DNA from: a virus
Taxonomy: Duplodnaviria; Caudoviricetes
DNA: 44,522 nt
IMG/VR virus record: IMGVR_UViG_3300005573_000142
Location: 1-44,522 of that record
Reading direction: 5' to 3' (one strand)
A program made the translations under genes and the position numbers. Below the pieces are notes generated by a model that was not told where the DNA came from, did no database searches, and saw only the letters and a list, made by a program, of their open reading frames with translations. This document shows, piece after piece, positions 1-8,456 of this stretch (position 1 is the first letter of the stretch; each line of letters begins with the position of its first letter).

Positions 1-60
<60 letters not shown>

Positions 61-250
61 GTTTCCTCTAGCATAAAGTAGAAATTTTCTTTAACATAAA
101 GGAGATTTCTACTTTTGGTAGAGGAAACAATTCTTCAATAAGAGATTTATAAGCTCTTTTTGAAGAAGGTGACTTCTAATCTTCATAGAGGGCTCTTCTA
201 TGAAGATTAGAAGGTTTCCTCTCTCTCATTTATTAATTTATTAATAAATG
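61..250. repeat. four consecutive inverted repeats/hairpins
   Basis: Stems at 61-128 (long, imperfect), 131-167, 173-213 (17 perfect bp) and 227-250 (10 bp), downstream of the leftward operon. Confidence 0.85.
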
Positions 251-297
251 TTTCTGTATTCTTTATTCTGTATAGTAGAGTATCTGGTAAGCCCACT

Positions 298-1020
298 TTA
301 CATGGATGCATTTTTACTTGCTTCTACCTCCTCATTGGCAATTTTCATAAAGAGTTTATAGTCGTCTGGATTGTCTGGAATAAAGAAAGCTACTCTACCT
401 ATCTCTTTTATTTTCTTCCAATACTGCTGCTTGGTTATTTCTCCATTCAGTAGCCGTTGTCGTTCATGTTCTTGTGCAAGGGTTGTATCAAATAAAAACT
501 CACTTACACTTTTACCTTTAAGATAATTACGAATGTAGTTCCTGTACCTCTTGACCTTTTGCTTTATTGTTTCTTCTACTCTCTTCTTTCTTTCTGAGAC
601 AATGCTTCTGACGAAGCGTTTCCATAGCCCAAATAGTTGAAGTAACCTCCCGGTAAGTCTGTATAAATTGGTCTTAAATCTTCCATTAGGTAGTCTCCTT
701 CTTACTACCTTTATTAATCCTAATTTTTCCATTCTTCTAATCATATTAGAAATATGAACTCTACTTCTTCCGCACTGTTTTGCGAGCCATGTTTCTGAAA
801 AATACATAGTATCAAGGTAATATCTATCTTTTTCATCCTTATAAGTTCCCATTGCCAACATAATATGTATGATATGAATGCAAGTCAAGTTTAGCTGGTC
901 TCTTATTTTTTTAGGAATTCTGGACATAACATCTGCAAATAATCTTTGCTTCGTAGGGTCCTCTGGACGATACATTGGAGTATCATTAAACTCAGATGTT
1001 TTTATATCGTATGTTTTCAT
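298..1020 (-). CDS. winged-HTH protein, phage replication-initiator (Rep/HTH_36)-like
   Basis: FSETWLAKQCGRSRVHISNMIRRMEKLGLIKVVRRR..G..KTNLYRL matches the wHTH pattern of phage Rep proteins; AGGAGG SD upstream. Confidence 0.65.
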   Translation of the reverse strand: MKTYDIKTSEFNDTPMYRPEDPTKQRLFADVMSRIPKKIRDQLNLTCIHIIHIMLAMGTYKDEKDRYYLDTMYFSETWLAKQCGRSRVHISNMIRRMEKLGLIKVVRRRLPNGRFKTNLYRLTGRLLQLFGLWKRFVRSIVSERKKRVEETIKQKVKRYRNYIRNYLKGKSVSEFLFDTTLAQEHERQRLLNGEITKQQYWKKIKEIGRVAFFIPDNPDDYKLFMKIANEEVEASKNASM

Positions 1021-1025
1021 ATTAT

Positions 1026-3395
1026 CTATACCTCCTTATAATCTTTTAAGTCAGCCCAAGACTGACCATATTTGCCATCACTTTTTACAGGATAGCCAAC
1101 TTTGATTTTAAAATGTTTCTTGATATATTCCACAGCTCGCTCTTCCATACACTCCTTCAGCAATTTCATTGCCTTATCAATAACATTTTCTCTCGCAAGG
1201 AACATAACACTATCATGAATAAATAGGAAAGGATAAATAGATTTTACATTTTTCACCTCCTTCCAAAATAAATACATTCCTATTAAAGCTAAATCTGAGC
1301 TGAAACTCTGCACTGGAAAGTTTATTGCTTGTCTTTCTGCTTCTGCTCTCTGGTAGGGGTCATCACTATCTATATTTGGTAAGCGTCTAACTCTTCCCAA
1401 TGGGCTTCTTATCTGCTTAAATTGTCTTACTATTCTCTTGCATTTTTCATGATACCTAACAAGAGCTGGGTAGCCTTCAAAAAATCTATTTCTTATTTGC
1501 TCTGCTTCTGCAAGAGAAAAATCTATACCATAATCATTCTTAGCTACGCCTCTGAAAGTAGATGGGCTACAACCGTAAATGAATCCAAAGTTAACTGCCT
1601 TAGCTGCCTGCCTCATTTCTTTGGTGATTGCTTCGGGTGCCATATTATTTATTATAGACGCAGTCAGCCTGTGTAAGTCAATTCCTTCTCTGAAAGCCTT
1701 GAGCATATTCTTTTCCTGAGCCAGCCAAGCTATAATCCTTAATTCCGACTGAGCCAAATCTCTGGCTCCTATTAAAAAGCCTTCTGGAGCTTCAAATATC
1801 TCTTTACATTTGTCTACATAAGGCACTCCTCTTTGTGGAATATTTTGCAGATTAGGTTTCATCATAGCTGTTCTTCCAGTAGAGGTTCTATATAGCACTG
1901 TATTTGGATGTATCTTACCATCCTTTATAAATTTCTCAATGCCTTCCAAGTATGTAGATATGAGCTTAGAAATCTTTTTCCACTTTATATAATCAGAAAC
2001 CCATTCATTATTATATTGATTTAGATGTTCTTCTGCCAGAGAAGGTAATCCTGTTGGTGTATAGTCTTCTGGTTCAAGCTTCAGCCCTGCTTCACTATTG
2101 AATAAATAATCAATTATTATATTATTTCTTGTAAGACTTAAATTATCTTTATACTTTATTTGTAGAGCTATTGGCAGTCTGGATATAAGACTCTGCTCAA
2201 GTTTTATTTTTTCTTTTTGTAAGAATTGTTTATTCTCTATTAATTTTTCAGTATTTATTCTTATGCCTTTTATACCTATATCTGCAAGCATATCAGATAT
2301 AGGTTGAGTAAAGTATCTCCAGTATCTGAATAATATTTCATCTCTCTTTAGTTTTCGCATAAGAACACTAAACGCCTTCATAGTAACTTCGCAGTCTTGG
2401 CAGTTATACTTTATTAAATCCTCCCTGCTCAGCTCCCATATCTTCTTACCTCTGCTTATATCCTTTATATTTCTTTCTTCTGTATAGATGTTTGCTATGT
2501 TCTCCAAGCTTATTTTCATGTTATCATCTATAAGGTTTGCTATATTGAATAAATCTATCACGCTTTTTGGAGTAGGAAATCCGTTCTTCAGCAGTATATA
2601 TTCATCAACTGGTCTATTAGCTACAACGAAGGTTCTCCTACTGAATAAGGTAACAAGACTTTCCCTATCTCTTGGAGTCATCTCACTTACGATAGCTGTT
2701 CTGGCAAAGTTTTTACCACCTATACCTATGGCTATTAGATTTTCATTTTCATCCCATTCACAGTCCAAAGAAAATACTTTGCCTGCTCTCATGCCGTCTA
2801 TGGTTGTAAATACATCATAATTTTTCTCTTTAACTACGGCTCCATTATTTAAATATTCTTTAAGATACAGCCAATCCTTAGCCCACAGCTTCCAGATTGA
2901 ATTGTTTTCAGAAATTCCGCCTGTTCTTAAAATGTAAGAAGGATGAAACATACAATAAACTTCACAGTTAAATTCTTCTGATTTTAGTATTCTACCTCTG
3001 ACCCTTGATATAGGATATTTTTTACCAAGTATCTGCAAGGTAGCTATTTCACCAAGACATACTATAATTCTTGGTTGAACCTTCTGTATGTCTTCTATTA
3101 GGAATGTTCTGCAGGATTGCAATGTTTCTCTAACAAAAGAGGATACTTTTTTGTCTTCTTTTCTTATCATGCACTTGGCAGCATTTGTTATAGCAACTTC
3201 ATTCCTGTTAGTCTCCATAATATTAGTGAGGACTGTATTAAGCAACTGCCCGCTTTTCCCAATAAAAGGTATTTTATATTTTACTTCTTCCTCACCGGGG
3301 CTTTCTCCTATAATTAGAATATCGCTTTTATGAATAAGTCCATCTACTTTAATATTTCTGTTAATACATTTATCACAAGGATTTGAGTTCATCAT
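1026..3395 (-). CDS. polA: family A DNA polymerase with N-terminal family-4 uracil-DNA glycosylase domain and 3'-5' exonuclease domain
   Basis: UDG-4 motifs CxxC, GESPGEEE, PFIGKSG, TNAAKC, HPSYILR; exo motifs DCE / N..D / YNCQD; pol motifs DLAQSELRI, RQAAKAVNFGFIYG, IHDS. Confidence 0.95.
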   Translation of the reverse strand: MMNSNPCDKCINRNIKVDGLIHKSDILIIGESPGEEEVKYKIPFIGKSGQLLNTVLTNIMETNRNEVAITNAAKCMIRKEDKKVSSFVRETLQSCRTFLIEDIQKVQPRIIVCLGEIATLQILGKKYPISRVRGRILKSEEFNCEVYCMFHPSYILRTGGISENNSIWKLWAKDWLYLKEYLNNGAVVKEKNYDVFTTIDGMRAGKVFSLDCEWDENENLIAIGIGGKNFARTAIVSEMTPRDRESLVTLFSRRTFVVANRPVDEYILLKNGFPTPKSVIDLFNIANLIDDNMKISLENIANIYTEERNIKDISRGKKIWELSREDLIKYNCQDCEVTMKAFSVLMRKLKRDEILFRYWRYFTQPISDMLADIGIKGIRINTEKLIENKQFLQKEKIKLEQSLISRLPIALQIKYKDNLSLTRNNIIIDYLFNSEAGLKLEPEDYTPTGLPSLAEEHLNQYNNEWVSDYIKWKKISKLISTYLEGIEKFIKDGKIHPNTVLYRTSTGRTAMMKPNLQNIPQRGVPYVDKCKEIFEAPEGFLIGARDLAQSELRIIAWLAQEKNMLKAFREGIDLHRLTASIINNMAPEAITKEMRQAAKAVNFGFIYGCSPSTFRGVAKNDYGIDFSLAEAEQIRNRFFEGYPALVRYHEKCKRIVRQFKQIRSPLGRVRRLPNIDSDDPYQRAEAERQAINFPVQSFSSDLALIGMYLFWKEVKNVKSIYPFLFIHDSVMFLARENVIDKAMKLLKECMEERAVEYIKKHFKIKVGYPVKSDGKYGQSWADLKDYKEV

Positions 3396-3984
3396 AAATC
3401 TTTTTTACCTCCTCACACTTTTTTAGTTTTTCTATTAATTCTTTAGGAGGATTCTTACTGTTAAACAATTTTTCTAATTCATCATTAGAGTATAATTGTC
3501 TCAGCACTTTATCCAAGTCTGTAAGAAGCATTTCCTTTATCTTTATTTTCTCATAATCATCTCCATCACAATATTTATCAATCAATGTTTCAGATACAAA
3601 TATAGAGTCTAAAGATTCTTTATACTTTTTTCTTTCATTAAAAGGAAATTTAATGGATATGGAATTTTCAGAGATATAGGTTTGGAGATGCCACCTTATA
3701 CAGTGGTGCACAAAAGTTGACATGGAACTCCGCCCATCATATAAATCAATGGCTCTATTAATAGCTATATAAGATTCGCTGAATAGTTCCATTGTATCCA
3801 TACTACTTCCCTTTTGATACTTAGTGGATAACTTTAGCCCTAAAGCTAAATAGTTATCCACTAATTTCCTTTTTACATCTTCATAGTTTAACTTATGTCT
3901 TTTTAGAAATAGTAGCTTCTTTATATACTTTCTTAATTCATATTTGGATAACCTAAGATTCTTTAAGTCTTGGTAGAATTTCAT
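3373..3984 (-). CDS. phage sigma70-family factor (region 2 present, region 4 not evident)
   Basis: LVDNYLALGLKLSTKY...MELFSESYIAINRAIDLYDG..SMSTFVHHCIRWHL resembles sigma region 2. Confidence 0.75.
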   Translation of the reverse strand: MKFYQDLKNLRLSKYELRKYIKKLLFLKRHKLNYEDVKRKLVDNYLALGLKLSTKYQKGSSMDTMELFSESYIAINRAIDLYDGRSSMSTFVHHCIRWHLQTYISENSISIKFPFNERKKYKESLDSIFVSETLIDKYCDGDDYEKIKIKEMLLTDLDKVLRQLYSNDELEKLFNSKNPPKELIEKLKKCEEVKKIYDELKSL

Positions 3985-4207
3985 TCCAGAATAGGTCTGC
4001 TTCCATTATAATATAACTTTTCCCAGTTATACTGTTTGTAATTTGGAGAATAGGTATTTCATCTTTAGTGCAATGCTTCCTAACTGCTTCAAGCCAATTT
4101 CCAGCTACTATATGTTTTCTACTTTTAGTTATAATTTTAATTTTTTTGTTCTTGCACTGGATGGTTCCTATTATCCCGTAGCTTAATTTCCCAGATAACA
4201 AATCCAC
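3953..4207 (-). CDS. hypothetical protein, resembles degenerate Hjc-like resolvase C-terminal half
   Basis: Overlaps both neighbours in the operon; KSR..W...VR.HC....IP pattern shared with 23305..23604; exact start uncertain. Confidence 0.5.
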   Translation of the reverse strand: MDLLSGKLSYGIIGTIQCKNKKIKIITKSRKHIVAGNWLEAVRKHCTKDEIPILQITNSITGKSYIIMEADLFWNEILPRLKES

Positions 4208-4454
4208 TGCTCTCCTCCTTTCTTATGACAAATAAAATTTCATCTTTGTTTAAATCTATACTATCAAAACTGTTTTTTATGTAGGAATTGATTCCAAGCA
4301 CCTTCTTTACATAGGCAAATGTCTCCTTGTGTCTTATACCAGCACGCAGAGTTCCTTTTCTTACAACTTCTCTTAGTCTTTCTTCATTTACTTTTTTTAC
4401 TTCAAATATTCCCTCATGAGGGATAAAGCTGTAAGACCTTAAATGCACTACCAT
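4137..4454 (-). CDS. DUF1874 (STIV B116/YddF/AcrIII-1 ring nuclease)-like protein
   Basis: 105 aa; V.L.S.S ... VKKV.....E.V.....AGIRH.ET...V...LG....KN....I.L.KD..LFV pattern of DUF1874; AGGAGG SD; first gene of the operon. Confidence 0.6.
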   Translation of the reverse strand: MVVHLRSYSFIPHEGIFEVKKVNEERLREVVRKGTLRAGIRHKETFAYVKKVLGINSYIKNSFDSIDLNKDEILFVIRKEESSGFVIWEIKLRDNRNHPVQEQKN

Positions 4455-4485
4455 CTTCTTCCTCCTTATTTTTAAGTATTGAATT

Positions 4486-4515
4486 ATAATAGCATATCTT
4501 CCCCTCTTTTGTCAA
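4486..4515 (-). promoter_or_regulatory. sigma70-type promoter, leftward operon
   Basis: Minus strand TTGACA (4515-4510), 18 bp, TATTAT (4491-4486) preceded by an extended -10 TG. Confidence 0.75.
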
Positions 4516-4553
4516 TTAATTATTAGTATAATTAACGGTTTGTAGAATAGGTA

Positions 4554-4583
4554 TTGACAAAACCTTCTTGAAAATTATATAAT
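4554..4583 (+). promoter_or_regulatory. sigma70-type promoter, rightward operon
   Basis: TTGACA 4554-4559, 18 bp, TATAAT 4578-4583; ATG follows at 4589 without an SD. Confidence 0.8.
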
Positions 4584-4588
4584 TTATT

Positions 4589-5134
4589 ATGGTAAGAGAA
4601 TTAGTAGCTAAACCTATAAAGAATCCATCTAATTGGATGGAGTATGAAAGTAAACTCATAGCTAATGGCTATGAGGTAGATTATAAGCTTAAGAGTTTTT
4701 TTAAGAAGGTAGAGAAGCAACTCGGCAAGGATAAGATGAGGGTATTGCTTGCTGGAGTTGATATGTTTGATGACATCAGGATGGAATTTCCATATCTGAA
4801 GGCATCTATGGAGGGGTATCCTCATCCTTCTATGTTTCTGGTCAAGGAGGTCAGGAAGTATATATATAATAATATAAGGAATAAGCTGGAGAATATTCTG
4901 GATAAATTCCCATCAGATGAGAGAATTCTTAATTCCTGTATTGGCATTTATAAATATAGGAATAAAATAGAAGTAGAAAAACTAATAATGGAGGGATGTA
5001 ATGAAAAAATTATTATTGGAACCTGCCGAACGGCAGAGAAAATGTGTGGAAGAAGAAAACCAGACTCTGAATTTTACAAATGGCTACACTCTGTTATTAA
5101 GCAAGCACAGCTTAGAAGTGGAGCTGATTTGTGA
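4589..5134 (+). CDS. hypothetical protein (probably leaderless)
   Basis: 181-aa ORF directly after the promoter. Confidence 0.8.
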   Translation: MVRELVAKPIKNPSNWMEYESKLIANGYEVDYKLKSFFKKVEKQLGKDKMRVLLAGVDMFDDIRMEFPYLKASMEGYPHPSMFLVKEVRKYIYNNIRNKLENILDKFPSDERILNSCIGIYKYRNKIEVEKLIMEGCNEKIIIGTCRTAEKMCGRRKPDSEFYKWLHSVIKQAQLRSGADL

Positions 5135-5193
5135 GATGTGTCCTTTCAAGGACGTTGAATGCAGTAACTGCCGAATAATTTTTTGTGGATAGT

Positions 5194-5211
5194 AATTAAA
5201 TCGATTTAATT
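5194..5211. promoter_or_regulatory. 18-bp palindrome copy 1
   Basis: AATTAAATCGATTTAATT, 3 nt before the GGAGGT SD of the AAA ATPase. Confidence 0.85.
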
Positions 5212-5218
5212 TCTGGAG

Positions 5219-6799
5219 GTGAAACAAATGAAGACTTTTTCAGAGCAATTAGATACTTATATTAGGGGAGCCTTCCCTCTCATCTACATATATTCTAATG
5301 AATATGACAGAGTTCTATCTGATTTATTCAATTATGTAGATGAGTTCAACTTAAATGTAGCTCCTCTTGTGCCGACAACGAGCACTTTAGGGAAGGGGCT
5401 TAGTATTTATATTTATAATTCTGGTTACGGCTTGTCTATAAACAATAATTATATTTCTGGCACTATGGAGCTGGAAGAAACTCTCAAATACATTCTGGAT
5501 AATAATATAGTAGGTATATTTGTAATAAACAATCTACATCTAATATGGGAAAATCATTTTGCTAAATACAGAATTTATGATTTACTTTATGATATTTATC
5601 AGAATGGTAAAGTGAACCATCAACATATTATAGGTATAGGAACTGGCGAGCTGCCTCCAGAAGTTCAGCACTATTTTGTAACTATTGATTATAAACTCCC
5701 AACTCAGAATGAAATCAAAGAGGAAGTGATTGCCTTTCTTACTAATTATAATGTTAAAGCTACTAAGAAAGAAGTTGATGCTATATCTTCTATTTGTTCT
5801 GGAATGACCATTGCTGAAATACAAGGCTCCTTATCCATTGCTTTAGTGAATGAGGAAGATGGAATTGACTTAGAAATACTGAAACAGGAAAAAGCTAAGA
5901 TGGTGCGTAAATCAGGGCTGTTAGAATGGATAAGAGATACTGAGACAATTAATGAAGTTGGTGGGCTGGAGTATCTGAAAGAATGGTTTACAAGAATAGC
6001 CTTTGTTTATAGAAATCTATCTAAAGCTGTAAAGTATGGATTAAAGACACCAAAGGGGTGCCTCATAACAGGTATTCCCGGTACTGGTAAAACTCTATCA
6101 GCTAAAGCCATAGCTTCTCTGTTTGGAGTTCCATTATTCAGACTTGATGTAGGTAGATTATTCTCCTCACTTGTTGGAGAGACTGAAAAGAATACAAGAG
6201 AGTTATTCAAATTAGTAGAAGCGGTAAGTCCTGCGGTTATTCTTGTAGATGAGATAGAGAAGGCTTTTGCAGGATTAGAATCCTCCTCTTCTTCTGATAG
6301 TGGAGTTACAGCAAGACTCATAGGCTCCTTCTTGTATTTTATGCAAGAAAAAAAGGCTCCATCTTTCTTTGTTTGCACCTCTAATGATATTACTAAACTT
6401 CCGCCTGAAATGCTTAGAAAAGGAAGATTTGATGAGATATGGTATGTAGGGTTGCCTAATGCTACTGAAAGAGATTCTATATGGAGAATACATCTACGGA
6501 AGACTGGGAGAAATCCAGATAAGTATAAAATTAATGATTTTGTAAATCTCACTGAAGGATTTACTGGTTCAGAAATAGAAGCTGTTATTCAGGAGGCTCT
6601 GTGTAATTGCTTTTATTCCCAGAAGGATTTGGATAGCTCTGAGTTAATTAAGGTAATAAATAAGACTACTCCATTGTCTAAATTAGAAGCTCCAAAAATT
6701 AAAGCTCTGGAGGAGTGGGCTGTCAAATTCAGGGTTAGAAGAGCCAATATGCAAGATGCTGTAACACAGCAGAAAAGGGCAATTATTAGGGGGAGTTGA
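5219..6799 (+). CDS. Ycf46-like AAA+ ATPase (degenerate N-terminal AAA plus active AAA); start may be ATG 5228
   Basis: GIPGTGKT, VILVDEIEK, VGGLEYLKEW, LPPEMLRKGRFDEIWYVGLP, EGFTGSEIE. Confidence 0.9.
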   Translation: MKQMKTFSEQLDTYIRGAFPLIYIYSNEYDRVLSDLFNYVDEFNLNVAPLVPTTSTLGKGLSIYIYNSGYGLSINNNYISGTMELEETLKYILDNNIVGIFVINNLHLIWENHFAKYRIYDLLYDIYQNGKVNHQHIIGIGTGELPPEVQHYFVTIDYKLPTQNEIKEEVIAFLTNYNVKATKKEVDAISSICSGMTIAEIQGSLSIALVNEEDGIDLEILKQEKAKMVRKSGLLEWIRDTETINEVGGLEYLKEWFTRIAFVYRNLSKAVKYGLKTPKGCLITGIPGTGKTLSAKAIASLFGVPLFRLDVGRLFSSLVGETEKNTRELFKLVEAVSPAVILVDEIEKAFAGLESSSSSDSGVTARLIGSFLYFMQEKKAPSFFVCTSNDITKLPPEMLRKGRFDEIWYVGLPNATERDSIWRIHLRKTGRNPDKYKINDFVNLTEGFTGSEIEAVIQEALCNCFYSQKDLDSSELIKVINKTTPLSKLEAPKIKALEEWAVKFRVRRANMQDAVTQQKRAIIRGS

Positions 6800-6825
6800 C
6801 AAAGACTTCCCTAATTTGCTATAAT
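6796..6825 (+). promoter_or_regulatory. sigma70-type promoter
   Basis: TTGACA 6796-6801, 18 bp, TATAAT 6820-6825 with extended -10 TG. Confidence 0.85.
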
Positions 6826-6851
6826 AAAATTATAAATCAAAGGAGGCTAAA

Positions 6852-7136
6852 ATGAAAGCAAAAAAGGTGAATTTTACAATGCCTAAAAGAGACGACAGAG
6901 TTGCATTAGATTTTCTACAACAGGATGTTGAATTGCATTATAATCTTAAAAATATCACACCAAACATAATTCAAATATTGGACTGTTTAAACGCAATCAC
7001 TGGTAGAATCACTGATGACTGTGGTGAGTGTCATCTCTTTAACGAATGCACTGCCATAATGGCATCATTGGCTATTGTTCCCATTGTTATTACCTACTTG
7101 GAGAGAGTAGGAGTAGACGATGGGATAATACAATAA
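6852..7136 (+). CDS. hypothetical protein with Cys cluster
   Basis: AGGAGG SD; CGECHLFNEC motif. Confidence 0.75.
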   Translation: MKAKKVNFTMPKRDDRVALDFLQQDVELHYNLKNITPNIIQILDCLNAITGRITDDCGECHLFNECTAIMASLAIVPIVITYLERVGVDDGIIQ

Positions 7137-7147
7137 GGAGGTGTAAA

Positions 7148-7543
7148 ATGAGAGCAAAGGTATTAAGAAGAGAAGAAAGAGTATTGGAGCATACTGCTCA
7201 GCCTATCCCTTTGCTTATTGATGCTCTTGGTTCTATTAGAGACGAGATTAAAAAGCTGGAAGCAGAGGCAGATGTAATAAGGAAAAAGCTTGACAACTTA
7301 GAAGAAGGAAAGTATGATGGAAGGAGATATACACTTACTGTAACTCAGAATACACTAATTTCTGAGGTGGATAAGAAGGCTCTTCTTAAAAAGCTTGGAC
7401 CACAGAAGTTCCTTGAAGTTGTGTCTGTTTCAATAGAGAAGCTCAAGGAATATGTTGCTCCTAAGGATATTGAGGAAGTAGTTAAAGCTACCAAGACGAT
7501 AAAAAGATTTTCCGTAAAGGAGAAAAAGGATGATAGCCGTTAA
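7148..7543 (+). CDS. hypothetical coiled-coil protein (start revised to ATG 7148)
   Basis: AAGGAGGT SD before ATG 7148 (MRAKVLRR...). Confidence 0.8.
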   Translation: MRAKVLRREERVLEHTAQPIPLLIDALGSIRDEIKKLEAEADVIRKKLDNLEEGKYDGRRYTLTVTQNTLISEVDKKALLKKLGPQKFLEVVSVSIEKLKEYVAPKDIEEVVKATKTIKRFSVKEKKDDSR

Positions 7544-7946
7544 GATGATGACAGGTGAAAAATCCGTAGAGCGTTTTGGGCTAGTATCCTTCTATATCTT
7601 CCATGTAAGAAATGATGGAATGGAAGAATCTCTGTTTAAATGTCCTATCTATGATAGGGCTTCCTCTAAAAAGGAAGATAAAAGACAGAGATTCTTCATT
7701 CTTGAAGGGAGAATGAAAGAAGGAACTATGCTAAAACTTGTGTCAAGATACTCTACATTTGGTAAACCTACTGAATACAATGAAATGTATATCAGACTTA
7801 GTGATAAAGCTAATAAAATACGAATTACTGGAATTCAGGAGGTAGGGTATTTTGAAGGAAACGCTGAAGTTATAAAGGGAAATCTTCCAATTGAGGTTAT
7901 TCAGAATGTTACGAAAATTAGAGATATAATCAGGAGGACAAAATGA
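7530..7946 (+). CDS. hypothetical protein
   Basis: Overlaps flanking genes in the operon. Confidence 0.75.
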   Translation: MIAVKMMTGEKSVERFGLVSFYIFHVRNDGMEESLFKCPIYDRASSKKEDKRQRFFILEGRMKEGTMLKLVSRYSTFGKPTEYNEMYIRLSDKANKIRITGIQEVGYFEGNAEVIKGNLPIEVIQNVTKIRDIIRRTK

Positions 7947-8266
7947 GTGAACTTAGAACTATTAAAATTCCAATAGACACTTCTTTATTAAAAGAAGTAG
8001 CACATGAATTAAATTGGGAAATAAAAGAAAATGTTCCAATCTATGGGTTTGCTACAAAGAACTTTATAGGAGAAGTTGTGTTAAAACCACGAACTTCTCC
8101 AGATATTGGAGTAGTGAAAGGCAAACTTGTATATGACAGCACCGCCCACAAGAATGCAGAGCTTCTTATGAAAAAATATTACTACTACCTATTAAGAAAG
8201 AAAGGGCTCAATGTTCATATGATTGAAAATGATTCTTATGTTATGTATGCAATTAAATCGATTTAA
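7943..8266 (+). CDS. DUF1257 (Ycf35)-like protein
   Basis: MS...TIK.....LLK.....L.W......IYGF......EVVL......DIGV....LVYD pattern; AGGAGG SD. Confidence 0.65.
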   Translation: MSELRTIKIPIDTSLLKEVAHELNWEIKENVPIYGFATKNFIGEVVLKPRTSPDIGVVKGKLVYDSTAHKNAELLMKKYYYYLLRKKGLNVHMIENDSYVMYAIKSI

Positions 8267-8268
8267 TT
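8251..8268. promoter_or_regulatory. 18-bp palindrome copy 2
   Basis: AATTAAATCGATTTAATT; contains the TAA stop of 7943..8266 and precedes a GGGGG SD. Confidence 0.85.
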
Positions 8269-8279
8269 CGGGGGTTATT

Positions 8280-8456
8280 ATGATATTTGTAAAATTGAAT
8301 AAGAAAACATTGGAGCTTGTTTTGGATGCAGAAGGTTATATAAATATGGAATGTATTAAAGACTTAGACAAAATAACACAAATTTTAAAGGCAGAAGTAG
8401 TAAACAGAAGATTAAAAACAGTAAAAGACAATCAAGTATATAGGAGGCAAAAATGA
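8280..8456 (+). CDS. DUF2997-like small protein (start revised to ATG 8280)
   Basis: 58 aa; L.AEGY....C......I...L pattern; directly follows the DUF1257-like gene. Confidence 0.55.
   Translation: MIFVKLNKKTLELVLDAEGYINMECIKDLDKITQILKAEVVNRRLKTVKDNQVYRRQK

Noticed and set aside
104-123. GATTTCTACTTTTGGTAGAG resembles the Cas12a crRNA handle (possible RNA anti-CRISPR)
   Set aside because: The first and last handle positions differ from AATTTCTAC...GTAGAT, the upstream part does not resemble a Cas12a repeat, and the segment is explained as an arm of the 61-128 hairpin.
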